Part shown: positions 53,962-63,392 of the stretch, in pieces
Layout: every line of letters begins with the position of its first letter
How positions within the stretch are numbered: position 1 is the stretch's first letter
Virus record (IMG/VR): IMGVR_UViG_3300037781_000079
Span: 6,489-70,488 of that record
Source: a virus
Lineage: Duplodnaviria > Caudoviricetes
DNA: 64,000 bases
Direction: 5' to 3' (one strand)
Notes under the pieces: generated by a model
Told to the model about the DNA's origin: nothing
What the model saw: only the letters and a program-made list of their open reading frames with translations
Database searches by the model: none
Translations under genes and position numbers: made by a program

Positions 53962-54743
53962 TTCAGATTCTTTTTGATGTTTACATTTCCGTGTCTTCCC
54001 AACTTGATAGAGAATGAGAGTACAGCGTACACTCTATCGGCGTTGATTTTAACGACGATTTTGCCTTCCTCAATAAAGATTCCGGTTTCCGATTGATTCT
54101 CTACGTTCACGACTTTGAACTCGTTGAACAGTTGCTCCCAATTCTCGTTTGTTCCGTTGATGGTAATACTGTCGGTAGACGCGAAGATGTCTCCGTTGTA
54201 AATCGTGACAGTGAAATCCGGCCGGTGCATTTCGAACTCGGCAGAATCCCACTTCTCATCATTGAAGAGCGTCAGGTTTCTCAGAACAACGCTTCCGTCG
54301 TTATCTTCCTCTTCTTCAATGACAGGAGTGTAGAAGTACACGAAGTCAGATTCGTTCTTCTTCCGGCATTCATAGATCGTTGTCGCTGCTTTTGCTGCCT
54401 CTACTTCACTCATGCCTCTTGCCATCATGAAGTTTTTAATCCAGTTTGACCGGTGCTTCAGGGTCACAAACCCATTGGTCTTTTCTGTGAGCTCGTAGAC
54501 TCGAGAAAATTGGTCAAGAATGTGCGTCACTGACCCGTCTTGATTCTCCCTTGTTTCAACATACCTTATTTTGCGAAGCATGCCTTGGATTGGAGTTTCA
54601 TACTTGTCAACGTCATGGTAAGCCTTGTTGTTCACAGCGTATCTCTTACCTCTGTACGCTCTCATTACGATCAGTTCTGACATCGGGGTGTTGTTCACCA
54701 ACCCTTCGTCATACCCTGCATCGATTAGGTTTTGCTTGTTCAT
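53958..54743 (-). CDS. hypothetical protein (261 aa)
   Basis: ORF track, coupled. Confidence 0.75.
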   Translation of the reverse strand: MNKQNLIDAGYDEGLVNNTPMSELIVMRAYRGKRYAVNNKAYHDVDKYETPIQGMLRKIRYVETRENQDGSVTHILDQFSRVYELTEKTNGFVTLKHRSNWIKNFMMARGMSEVEAAKAATTIYECRKKNESDFVYFYTPVIEEEEDNDGSVVLRNLTLFNDEKWDSAEFEMHRPDFTVTIYNGDIFASTDSITINGTNENWEQLFNEFKVVNVENQSETGIFIEEGKIVVKINADRVYAVLSFSIKLGRHGNVNIKKNLK

Positions 54744-54829
54744 CTTAATTGATTTGGGTTTGTAATTTCGCTCTTTTTATACCGCAAACAAAGGAATATC
54801 AACGGTTTCCTTATTTGACTGTCGTTTGA

Positions 54830-55219
54830 TTAGATGTCCAATTCAAGGTCAAGATCCAGGTCAAGGTCCAGGTCAAGATCCGGTTCGTAATCATACCGAA
54901 AATCAACCCCGATAGACTCAAAAATCTCGTTCGCTTTCTCTTGATTCGTAAGGTTCCAACCCGCGTTCTTAGATGTAAAACCAAGAACCTTCTTCCGTTT
55001 GATTTCAATGATTTTGTCTTTCTCTTCTTTCGCTCTTGTCTTCTTCGTCGCTTTAGAGGCGTGAGTGTCGATCATTTTTATGACCATCTTGAAATGATGA
55101 GAGTCTTCGATGATGAGATTGTCCTCCGTACCCACCATAGGCATATCACGAACCGTAACCTTGGTTTTGTTCCTGGTCAACACAATAACGTCGCAAAGGA
55201 AAATCGGCTCAGTCATCAA
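54830..55219 (-). CDS. hypothetical protein with (DL)n acidic tail
   Basis: Ends DLDLDLDLDLELDI. Confidence 0.7.
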   Translation of the reverse strand: MMTEPIFLCDVIVLTRNKTKVTVRDMPMVGTEDNLIIEDSHHFKMVIKMIDTHASKATKKTRAKEEKDKIIEIKRKKVLGFTSKNAGWNLTNQEKANEIFESIGVDFRYDYEPDLDLDLDLDLDLELDI

Positions 55220-55868
55220 AATCGAGGTCTATATCGAGTTCTACATCAAAATCTTCATCCTCTTCGGTTCCGAGGTCGTCAGGAAACACAAAATCATCAA
55301 AGCTGTCTTCCGTTGGGATGTCGTTGTTGGTGACCTTCAAGATTCTCGACATGTCTTGATTCACACCTTCATCTTCCTTTACGTAGTTCACAAGGCCTAT
55401 TCTGTGGAGATCTATACCTCCCGAAGGCAGGTTGAATCCAAGTTCCACCAGTCTTTCGTAATCCTCAGATGTGATGACTGTATCTCGAAAAGAGATGTCT
55501 TTCGGTGTTGACCTCATGAAGGATAGCATCGATGAGTCAGTTGACCATGAGCGCCACCTCCACTCTTCAATTTCATCTTCCTTGATGGTTGATACATGCC
55601 TTAAATTCAGCTTGATTTCCTCAAGGTAAAAATCCTCGAAGTACATCTTGCCGTCAAAAACACCAAGAGTCATAATTGGCTTTGGCCGGAAGACGACGCT
55701 CTTGTCTTTGTCAATTCCGCTCGGCCATGTCGCGCTGTGAGGGAATGTACTCACAAGAATCCTTTTCCCTGATCGAGTATTGATTGTGCGACCGATGTAC
55801 TTCTGAATGACCATACAGATCTTGAATACCTCTCGGTCAGTAAACTGTACTGATTGACTTTTTTTCAT
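55209..55868 (-). CDS. hypothetical protein with acidic tail
   Basis: Ends DFDVELDIDLDFDD. Confidence 0.7.
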   Translation of the reverse strand: MKKSQSVQFTDREVFKICMVIQKYIGRTINTRSGKRILVSTFPHSATWPSGIDKDKSVVFRPKPIMTLGVFDGKMYFEDFYLEEIKLNLRHVSTIKEDEIEEWRWRSWSTDSSMLSFMRSTPKDISFRDTVITSEDYERLVELGFNLPSGGIDLHRIGLVNYVKEDEGVNQDMSRILKVTNNDIPTEDSFDDFVFPDDLGTEEDEDFDVELDIDLDFDD

Positions 55869-55960
55869 GAGTGCTCTTTGTAATCTTTGGTTATCGATTT
55901 GGCTATGAGGAGAATACAGATTGATGAAAGGATCACCATGACCACATCAAAACTCTTCAT
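55865..55960 (-). CDS. 31-aa membrane peptide (start revised to MKSFDVV)
   Basis: Hydrophobic VVMVILSSICILLIA; overlaps DnaB stop and is ATGA-coupled downstream. Confidence 0.5.
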   Translation of the reverse strand: MKSFDVVMVILSSICILLIAKSITKDYKEHS

Positions 55961-57521
55961 TCGGTCGCATTGCTCCGGATGGTAGATCCAACAAATCATC
56001 CTCATCGTTGTCTCTGACGTAAGGATTGCTACCGTGATAATTCGAATTATCGCTATCCTTAAAAGCATCAAAAGTTCTCGCTTTAACTGTTCCATCGCTC
56101 TTTATTATTGCGTTGTCAAACATCGTGTACTTAGCAACGAACGCGACATCAGCCATGCCGAGACCTCCGTTTCTGTTCTTCGCTATTATGATTGCTGCGT
56201 AATCCTCTGTGTTTATTTGACGACCATCACCCATATCCATCAATCTCCAACTATCGTTTCGAGTTTGGAGATAGTAGTAGTACGGCCTCCAAAAGAACAA
56301 AACCATGTCTGCGTCTTGCTCAAGTGATCCGGATTCTCTCAAATCGGAAAGCATCGGCATCCTATCACCACCCCTATTCTCGACGTTACGGCTCAACTGA
56401 GCGAGCAGTATGATCGGAAGATCCAGGTCTTTAGCGAGCGCTTTCAATCTTCTGCTGATCTCCGAAACTTGCTGCTCTCGAGATACCTTTTTGTCGGTTG
56501 GCTCCACAAGTTGAGCGTAGTCGATCATTATGATGTCAAGACCCTCTTGAGCATGCAGGTTTCTACACTTCATGATGATCTCCTCAATGTTTCCAGGGGA
56601 GTCATCTATAAAGATTTGCTCTCCAATCTTTGTGGAGGTGTACTCACTGTAAGCGACACTTAGCTTACTGAACAACTCATCTACAGATGTCGTCACCTTC
56701 AGTATTTCATTCACTGATAACCTCGCAAGAGGAGATACGAGTCTCGCTACAAACTGAATGGCGGTCATCTCAAGGTGGAAAACAGCTGCTTTCTTACCTT
56801 GTAGGAATGCCGATCTGCAGATCCTCTCAAGAAAGCTCGACTTACCCATACCGGGTCTTCCTGCAGCGACTATAAGGTTTCCATCTTGAAATCCACCCGT
56901 GATCTTGTCGAGTTCCTCGAGCATGCTTGGGAATCCACTATAACCGCTATCAGCCGTTGCTTCGATTTTGCGGTTCAACTCCCTGAACACATCGTTCAGA
57001 CCCTTTAACCCTCCCGTTACATGAGAGTTGACAGCATCATAGATGTCTTTCACAACCCTTGAGCTCAAATCAAAAGCATCCGAATCAGGATCATAAGCAT
57101 CCCTGGCAGCTGTAGCGCAGGTTATGATAACCTCCCTCAGCATGTACTTCTCAACCAATACCCTGCAGTACGTGTCCATGTTGGAGGTTGAAACAACAGA
57201 GTCGGTCAACGAAGCGACATAAGATGGTCCGCCACAGTCATCAAGGTCACCACGTTTTTTAAGCTCGTTCACAACGACAAGTATGTCAGGGTGTATCCCT
57301 TCTGACTTCAAGTCTTTTATGACCGAGAAGATCCTTTGGTGTTGGTTTCTGTAAAAAACTCTCTCGTGCTTCAGAACAGATACGGCTATGTCAGATGCAG
57401 CCTTGAAAGACATGCAAGCGCCAAGGATAGCTTTTTCAATGTCAATAGCTTGAGGCGGAACTCTACCCACATCAAGACTGACGCTATCCGATTCTCGGTC
57501 TTGAGATCGATGATCCTTCAT
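55947..57521 (-). CDS. dnaB: replicative DNA helicase DnaB
   Basis: VPPQAIDIEKAILG, AAGRPGMGKSS, IMIDYAQL, LAQLSR, SDLRESGSLEQDAD, IIAKNRNG. Confidence 0.95.
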   Translation of the reverse strand: MKDHRSQDRESDSVSLDVGRVPPQAIDIEKAILGACMSFKAASDIAVSVLKHERVFYRNQHQRIFSVIKDLKSEGIHPDILVVVNELKKRGDLDDCGGPSYVASLTDSVVSTSNMDTYCRVLVEKYMLREVIITCATAARDAYDPDSDAFDLSSRVVKDIYDAVNSHVTGGLKGLNDVFRELNRKIEATADSGYSGFPSMLEELDKITGGFQDGNLIVAAGRPGMGKSSFLERICRSAFLQGKKAAVFHLEMTAIQFVARLVSPLARLSVNEILKVTTSVDELFSKLSVAYSEYTSTKIGEQIFIDDSPGNIEEIIMKCRNLHAQEGLDIIMIDYAQLVEPTDKKVSREQQVSEISRRLKALAKDLDLPIILLAQLSRNVENRGGDRMPMLSDLRESGSLEQDADMVLFFWRPYYYYLQTRNDSWRLMDMGDGRQINTEDYAAIIIAKNRNGGLGMADVAFVAKYTMFDNAIIKSDGTVKARTFDAFKDSDNSNYHGSNPYVRDNDEDDLLDLPSGAMRPNEEF

Positions 57522-58044
57522 TTAATTGTCCAATGGGTTTTCTGTACGGGCTTTCAAGCCAATTCTTGAAAGCTACGTCGTTCATTTTGTATCTCTTCCC
57601 TTTACTCTTGCAGTATTCAAGAAACCTTTTTCGTTCAACTTCAAGGCTTTTCGGTGTCTCCTTTCCGAATCGGTCAAAATCCGGGAAGATTTCCTCTTCG
57701 CAGAACTTTTTGAATAGGTCTGGATCAGATATGATCTCAATCCCTACAGGCTTCTTTTTGCTCTTCACAAGAGGAGATGTAAGCCCGGTACCCTCGTAAG
57801 AGAGGATACCGAGTTTTACACCTGTCAACACAATCGAGTGCGACTCTTCAACGTCTAATCCGGTTTCCATGCAAGTCTTCTCCATCAATCCGGTGTCAAG
57901 TCTCATAACGCTTTCTTTCGATGAAGAGATCTTTTCCAGTATAACCATCAGGAATCCATACCCTTTCAATCCGTGAACAGATATGACTGAGTTTGCTTTT
58001 CCAAGGTTGTGAAGCGTGGAAGGGTGTTCAAACGTTTTCGCCAT
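57484..58044 (-). CDS. replication initiator-like protein (DUF4373/Lin1244-like N-terminus)
   Basis: HGLKGYGFLMVILEKI; C-terminal CKSKGKRYK...AFKNWL; directly upstream of dnaB. Confidence 0.6.
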   Translation of the reverse strand: MAKTFEHPSTLHNLGKANSVISVHGLKGYGFLMVILEKISSSKESVMRLDTGLMEKTCMETGLDVEESHSIVLTGVKLGILSYEGTGLTSPLVKSKKKPVGIEIISDPDLFKKFCEEEIFPDFDRFGKETPKSLEVERKRFLEYCKSKGKRYKMNDVAFKNWLESPYRKPIGQLNEGSSISRPRIG

Positions 58045-58045
58045 G

Positions 58046-58627
58046 TCACTTCGATTTTATCGGGAATGAGACATACGTCCTTCCTCCCTTTTTGATTTTC
58101 GCACCCGGTATAGGGCCGAATTTTTCAGAGACATACTTCGTCGCTCCGATAGCTTTCTTCATCTCATCCTCAAGTTCTTTCATATCGTCTTTAACGCTGT
58201 CGAGCTTACTCTTGAGATCATTCCATTGTTTGCAATGATCAAAAGAGTAAGTGTCCGCTGACGATGATACTTTGAATTCGAGGTTATCGATGGATCGGTC
58301 ACTCTTCGGATACTTGTCAGCCTCATCAAGAGCTTCCTCAGATAAAGCACCGTCAAGAGCTTTCACGTACTCAGCAAGTATCTTCACCCTTGAGTACGCC
58401 TTGAGCACATCTCCACTTTCAGAGATCATCTCAGCGTGGTTTTTAGCTACACTCGAGATTGATTTCTTTGTTACGTCACCTGATTCTACAAGGGCCTGAA
58501 TACCATCAAGAGGGTTGAGACGAATAGCTACCTGATCGTTGGCTTCGTTTACGTCGCCAAACTTCAGCTTATCAGTAGCTTCATCATCGTCGTCAAAATC
58601 AAGGTTGAGGTCTAAATCTTCTGCCAT
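58046..58627 (-). CDS. conserved hypothetical protein next to recombinase
   Basis: 193 aa; TYSFDHCKQWNDLK coiled region. Confidence 0.7.
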   Translation of the reverse strand: MAEDLDLNLDFDDDDEATDKLKFGDVNEANDQVAIRLNPLDGIQALVESGDVTKKSISSVAKNHAEMISESGDVLKAYSRVKILAEYVKALDGALSEEALDEADKYPKSDRSIDNLEFKVSSSADTYSFDHCKQWNDLKSKLDSVKDDMKELEDEMKKAIGATKYVSEKFGPIPGAKIKKGGRTYVSFPIKSK

Positions 58628-58628
58628 A

Positions 58629-60044
58629 TCAGCTGTTCTTTTTCAGTTGCTTACCGATGTTCTCGATGAATGATTTCAACTCTTTCAGATCATCGTGTGT
58701 AAGCAAATCGTTCTCAAAATCCTTCTTAGCGTCAGTCCAGAGTTGCTTGTAAGAACTTGCGAATGTCTCGTAGTCACCCCAAGAGTTCACCTCGTTCTTG
58801 TACTCAACGAACTTGGAAACGTTATCATTCGGTTCATCCGGATCATCAAGATTGATACCGTCTGAGTCGTTCTCCTCCTTCGGAGCTTCTTCCTTCGGAG
58901 CTTCTTCCTTCGGAGCTTCTTCCTTCGGAGCTTCAGGTTCAGCTTTTTCGTTTGGTTCTCCGTATTTCTCGGTAATGTAAATCGCTGCGCCTTTCTGAGT
59001 AAACCTTTGGTTGCCCGTAATATCCGAGTAGTCGCTGTAATCAATGCCCATGTCGTCGAACATCTTCTTGACTTCCTGAGCGTTATCGCAAGCGTTGATC
59101 TTTTCGATCATTTTGTTGACCCTCTCTTCTTTCGAAAGGCTTTCAGACTGCTTCTTCTCAATCTTCTCATCAGCGGTCATAGCTGACCCTGCTGCCTTCC
59201 GCTCTTTTTCAAAGTCAACCGTTTTACCTTTCTCACCTTCTTCAGGCAACTCCTGATTTCGAGACTCTGGGTTTTGGTATGACTTCTGAGCTTCTTCCGG
59301 AACATCTGTTGTTCCGTAGACATCTTTCAGGTAGCGATTCTTGAACTCAGCTTCTTCTTCGGCTGTAAACTTAGCCTGGACGTTAGGACTGATGTCGTTT
59401 GGTTTGCCCTTGAAGATTTGAACACCGATCTCGAGGTAATTACCGGCCACTTTTGTAAAGGCGTCAGTCATCGCTTTCTTGAATCCATCACTCACGCTCT
59501 GATTGTAGTCATCAAGTTCACAACCCCCGTAATGCCAAGGCGTGTAAAGGTCGAATTGACGAATGTAGATTCGGACCCTCATGACCAGGTGGCGATACGT
59601 GTACAGAGGTTTTCCTGTCCGGAAATCTTTATCCTCTTGAGGGCGACCCCAATCATTCTTGATGATCTTCCCGTTTTTGTCTTTTCTCCACGTCTTTTCG
59701 CGTTCAGGCGTGTCAAAGATTCCGACAATCTGTTCCTCAACAGCCCAACCAAGCATACCAAATACAGAGTTCATTCTCTCGTAGATGTACATTGCTTTGA
59801 TGGTACTGAGTTTACCGGAGCCCTTTCCGGTGTATTCCTTGATTGCTTCCGGCGGGAACGGAGCGGAAAGTTCTCTCCGGTAATGCGCGGGAAGCCGGAA
59901 TACAGTTCCTTTCCCTTTGTGGTTTTCGGGTTCCTTCACGGCTGAGAACAGTTCGTCCTCACGAGGAATCCACGGCATCCTTGAGATGTTGTCCATCTCA
60001 AGCTCTCGAGCGCTCAGCTCTTTGTTCATGGCTTCTTTATTCAT
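58629..60044 (-). CDS. Rad52/Rad22-like single-strand annealing protein with long charged C-terminus
   Basis: IKAMYIYERMNSVFGMLGW...YGGCEL...DGFKKAMTDAFTKVA...EIG. Confidence 0.75.
   Translation of the reverse strand: MNKEAMNKELSARELEMDNISRMPWIPREDELFSAVKEPENHKGKGTVFRLPAHYRRELSAPFPPEAIKEYTGKGSGKLSTIKAMYIYERMNSVFGMLGWAVEEQIVGIFDTPEREKTWRKDKNGKIIKNDWGRPQEDKDFRTGKPLYTYRHLVMRVRIYIRQFDLYTPWHYGGCELDDYNQSVSDGFKKAMTDAFTKVAGNYLEIGVQIFKGKPNDISPNVQAKFTAEEEAEFKNRYLKDVYGTTDVPEEAQKSYQNPESRNQELPEEGEKGKTVDFEKERKAAGSAMTADEKIEKKQSESLSKEERVNKMIEKINACDNAQEVKKMFDDMGIDYSDYSDITGNQRFTQKGAAIYITEKYGEPNEKAEPEAPKEEAPKEEAPKEEAPKEENDSDGINLDDPDEPNDNVSKFVEYKNEVNSWGDYETFASSYKQLWTDAKKDFENDLLTHDDLKELKSFIENIGKQLKKNS
58876..58934 (-). 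repeat. 15-bp tandem repeat (about 4 copies) encoding EAPKE
   Basis: (TCCTTCGGAGCTTCT)x3 plus a near-complete fourth copy on + strand. Confidence 0.9.
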
Positions 60045-60325
60045 CGTTTTTTGGTTTTTATGAATCTTAGCTCAGTTTCGCTTACTCCTTTGGTGTCTGC
60101 TATCACTCTAATGATTTCAGACTGACTTATACCTGACAGTTTTGATAGCTCGCTACTCACTTTTGCAGCATGTACAAAAGAGACGATTGGTCTACCTGAG
60201 TAGGCAAGGTTGTGGATTTTGCAACCTATATCGTTGTTGTCAAGTATGGCTTGGATCTCATTTGCGTTTTTACCTGTCTTTTGGATGATCTCCTTCACTC
60301 TTTTCTTTCTCTCAGATGCTTCCAT
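60041..60325 (-). CDS. small putative DNA-binding (HTH-like) protein
   Basis: 94 aa, basic, helical; coupled to annealing-protein gene. Confidence 0.55.
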   Translation of the reverse strand: MEASERKKRVKEIIQKTGKNANEIQAILDNNDIGCKIHNLAYSGRPIVSFVHAAKVSSELSKLSGISQSEIIRVIADTKGVSETELRFIKTKKR

Positions 60326-60471
60326 TTTTTGTTCAAGTATGAATATCCAAATATGAACAAACTTTTCAATTCAGCAAAGACTAAAGCCAGTACAATGTAG
60401 AATTGCAGAAGGAGAACAGTTAGGCATAAGTAGTGTGCACCCCAGAATATCAGCTTCTTAAAGATGTCCAT
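60295..60471 (-). CDS. 58-aa membrane protein (not in ORF track)
   Basis: Manual translation MDIFKKLIFWGAHYLCLTVLLLQFYIVLALVFAELKSLFIFGYSYLNKKWKHLRERKE*; fills the apparent gap. Confidence 0.55.
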   Translation of the reverse strand: MDIFKKLIFWGAHYLCLTVLLLQFYIVLALVFAELKSLFIFGYSYLNKKWKHLRERKE

Positions 60472-60484
60472 TTGAATGTTTACT

Positions 60485-60838
60485 TCATGTTGATTTCTTG
60501 CCGGACTTGATAGACTGAATCACATCTGACTTGTGCACCACCCATTTGTGCGAGGATCCAAATCTTTCTTCGTAACCGACAAGGTGCTCTCCTACGTCTT
60601 TTGCCACAACGAACTCAGAATTTGAGTTGTTATCAAGGAGGTTGTTTGGTTTGACAATGACTACTTCTCCCGGCTTGTACTTCTTCATTGACCAAAAGTC
60701 TCTACCGATCCCAATCAGTTGATCTTTGGTCAAGTCAAGTCTTTTGTAGTTGTTCGCTGATGACGGATGAAGAATGGTAACGGATCCGGCGAATCCGGTT
60801 GATCCGAATTCGTTGACTTTTATGAATAGGTTTTTCAT
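60485..60838 (-). CDS. hypothetical protein (117 aa)
   Basis: ORF with CAATCAACAACC-ATG context. Confidence 0.7.
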   Translation of the reverse strand: MKNLFIKVNEFGSTGFAGSVTILHPSSANNYKRLDLTKDQLIGIGRDFWSMKKYKPGEVVIVKPNNLLDNNSNSEFVVAKDVGEHLVGYEERFGSSHKWVVHKSDVIQSIKSGKKST

Positions 60839-60850
60839 GGTTGTTGATTG

Positions 60851-61471
60851 TTAGGTGGTTAGCCACTCCTCGATAGAGTGATCATACCATGGTGTTGATT
60901 TTTTGGCTGACTTGAGTTTCTGCATAAAGACATCTGTAACAAGGTGCCCGGTCGGCGTCTGATGAAGATTCAGGGCTTTTGCGTAGCAATCGAACTTTGT
61001 TGCCTTCCGGTCTAAGAATGCAAAATCAATGACTCTCGTCATAAAATCTGCACGACCTTCTTGAATCATCTCGTTGCACTCAGACATGAACTCTTGAGGA
61101 CCAATGATGTCGTTCTCTTCAGGGTAGATCTTTTTGCCCTTCTTGATGAGGTTGTGGTAAAGATTTGAGTTCAAGTGGTCGATCGCATCCTTTTTGGTTT
61201 TTGCGTACTTCTTGATCACATCATCATTACGGTCAACCATCAAGTTGATCTCGTATGCACCTGGCTTCATCTTGAGTAGCTGAATATGAAACGTTGAAAC
61301 GTAATCAGGGTCAACCCCAAACGCTTTAAGGTGATGCTCGTCAACAGAAACATCATTTTTCCCTCGAACATCTTCTATTCGAACGAACGGCATTCCAATC
61401 AGGTGCCATACACCGTCTCGGATCGGATCGATTGACCCTTCTGCCTTCAGTTTGTGTGATACTACTTTCAT
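60851..61471 (-). CDS. hypothetical protein (206 aa)
   Basis: ORF track, coupled. Confidence 0.7.
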   Translation of the reverse strand: MKVVSHKLKAEGSIDPIRDGVWHLIGMPFVRIEDVRGKNDVSVDEHHLKAFGVDPDYVSTFHIQLLKMKPGAYEINLMVDRNDDVIKKYAKTKKDAIDHLNSNLYHNLIKKGKKIYPEENDIIGPQEFMSECNEMIQEGRADFMTRVIDFAFLDRKATKFDCYAKALNLHQTPTGHLVTDVFMQKLKSAKKSTPWYDHSIEEWLTT

Positions 61472-61986
61472 TGGTTTTGGTTTTCAGATTCGTATGGAGT
61501 CATCTCATCACCGCACACGTCGCAACGGTCGTTGTGCTCAGAGTCGCAGTTCTCCAATTCCCATGTTTTATCACATCTCGGGCAATGGTACTTGTTCGTG
61601 ATGTTCGTCCTTTCTGAGATCACATCATCGATGTAAACGTCAAGCACTTCCCAGGATATACCGGTGTTGGCATCGTGATGATTTTCTGCTCTCGAGATTA
61701 CTTCAGAAGCCTCATCGATGGTGAGGTCAACATCAAACATATCTCGCGCCCTCATCTTTGCGTCAACTGTACTCCAACGGACTTCGATGTAATTGACCTC
61801 ATCACCATCATCGTCGAGCTCCGGCTCCGGAGGATCAAGTTCATCGTGAATTACGTCGAGAAGAGTCAAGAGTCCTTCAAGGTCTTCTTCAATCGTTGGA
61901 TTGTCACAGTTTTCAATAGTGTTTAAGAGAGACATTTTTTGCTTGATGAGTAGGTCTAAGTCTATTCCTTTGATTGCTTTGCTCAT
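61468..61986 (-). CDS. hypothetical multi-module protein with C-terminal Zn-ribbon
   Basis: HCPRCDKTW...RCDVCG at the C-terminus. Confidence 0.7.
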   Translation of the reverse strand: MSKAIKGIDLDLLIKQKMSLLNTIENCDNPTIEEDLEGLLTLLDVIHDELDPPEPELDDDGDEVNYIEVRWSTVDAKMRARDMFDVDLTIDEASEVISRAENHHDANTGISWEVLDVYIDDVISERTNITNKYHCPRCDKTWELENCDSEHNDRCDVCGDEMTPYESENQNQ

Positions 61987-61990
61987 GGTT

Positions 61991-62461
61991 TTACGATTTA
62001 AGGATTACACCTGTTTTGGTGTCGATTACGAAAATGAATGACTCTTCGAGTACATTAGGATCATCGTTAAGCGAGCTGATCAGTCCAGTGAAAAGTCCGT
62101 CGAGGTTGTCACTTGACCAACAGTTCGTAGCCATCGCGATGACAGTGTTGTACCCTACATCGTGAAAATTGATTTCATCCCTATCGATAAGGGCGATCCG
62201 GTACCGTTCGGTCTGATCGAACTTACACAGCTCAAAACGCTTGAACTTCTCATCGTCAACAATGGAATACTCATCCCAACCGTGCATATCCCCAAGACCT
62301 TTCAGGTAGGCATTCTTTTCTGCCTCCGTATCGAATTCAACTTCATGAACCTGAATGTCGTCGCCTCCATTTTGCTGAATAGAGCTTGGAGTGATTCCGC
62401 ATTCTTCGAAAAAAGTAGCGCTTGTTGTACCAAGAGCTACTCGAACTTTGATTTTACTCAT
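61991..62461 (-). CDS. hypothetical two-module protein
   Basis: EFDTEAEKNAYLKGLGDMHGW motif plus a second domain. Confidence 0.7.
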   Translation of the reverse strand: MSKIKVRVALGTTSATFFEECGITPSSIQQNGGDDIQVHEVEFDTEAEKNAYLKGLGDMHGWDEYSIVDDEKFKRFELCKFDQTERYRIALIDRDEINFHDVGYNTVIAMATNCWSSDNLDGLFTGLISSLNDDPNVLEESFIFVIDTKTGVILKS

Positions 62462-62712
62462 AATTGATTGTTATTAAGGGTTTTACGATATTCTTTCTCA
62501 AGTATAGCTTTAAGCATACTCATTGTTTTTTCTTCCGAGTATTCAGCTTCATCCGAAAAGAAATCTGATCGATAGCGCTTCCAACAATCTCGGAGAACAG
62601 AGTCTTGAAACTTAGCTGAGACTGTTTCTCCATCTTCGGTTGTTCCTACAACTTTGTAGGTTCCGTATGAAACTGAGTAGACTTGATCTACTGATTTGAT
62701 GATTGAATTCAT
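62458..62712 (-). CDS. hypothetical protein (84 aa)
   Basis: ORF track, ATGA coupling. Confidence 0.7.
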   Translation of the reverse strand: MNSIIKSVDQVYSVSYGTYKVVGTTEDGETVSAKFQDSVLRDCWKRYRSDFFSDEAEYSEEKTMSMLKAILEKEYRKTLNNNQL

Positions 62713-63075
62713 GATACTGAGTATTGATTATCTTCTTTGGTGAACCGGAGCGAAGCAAGGTCGGAGAAACTCAAGTCAGCCCCCGCCCCCAAAGGGAAGA
62801 GGTGACTTGAATCCCGACCGCGATCATCTCCTTCGGAGCCACCATCGCTTACTGAGGCTCGAGGTAGCATTACAAGTCGTCGAAGAATGCCGGCCTCGAT
62901 TTAACGGGTGATTATACTGCCACGACAGACGCGCAGCAGTGACCAGGCTATTTCAACGGGTTGAGCTTTTTTAGTACGGTGTGAATGAGAAGCAATACGA
63001 CCACCGAGATTTCGGGGTCAAGAGGTATTGCGGTATAGATAGATTACGTATATTCGCATCATCATAATTATTGTT
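62713..63075 (-). ncRNA. candidate structured RNA / 5' leader (~360 nt)
   Basis: Four stem-loops (62759-62819, 62859-62899, 62916-62940, 62992-63031) downstream of a promoter-like element; no credible long ORF. Confidence 0.4.
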
Positions 63076-63080
63076 GTCTA

Positions 63081-63111
63081 CGAAAGTAGGAAAGAATTTT
63101 GGCTCCTCAAA
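63081..63111 (-). promoter_or_regulatory. Bacteroidota-type promoter
   Basis: TTTG + 19 nt + TACTTTCG. Confidence 0.55.
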
Positions 63112-63131
63112 CGTGGGGGGCCATTTTCTTT

Positions 63132-63392
63132 TCAAATAACCACGTAGGAGCACCGTCTTCGCTTCATAACCTTCTGAAGGCGAACCACCTCATTTCTTAC
63201 GAGAACGTCTTGTATTCGCTCTGTATTTAACTCCTGCGGCCTGAAGATGCTCATTGTTTTTATCCCGACCTTGACACATCCAACATTGATAGCATGACAC
63301 CGTACATACTCGTCGCATTCGCGACTTAACTCCGGAAACAGCATTGACGTTTCAGGCCAGTGTGTGTTTCTGAATCTTGATCTCATTTGCAT
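63132..63392 (-). CDS. hypothetical protein (uncertain)
   Basis: Possible ATGA coupling at 63383-63386; no recognisable motif. Confidence 0.35.
   Translation of the reverse strand: MQMRSRFRNTHWPETSMLFPELSRECDEYVRCHAINVGCVKVGIKTMSIFRPQELNTERIQDVLVRNEVVRLQKVMKRRRCSYVVI

Noticed and set aside
55947-57521. Intein or intron in DnaB or TerL
   Set aside because: Lengths and motif spacing are normal; no C-terminal HN-C/S/T junctions seen
62971-63153. 60-aa ORF MLLRGYL from the track
   Set aside because: It runs across the promoter elements and RNA stems, with no start context
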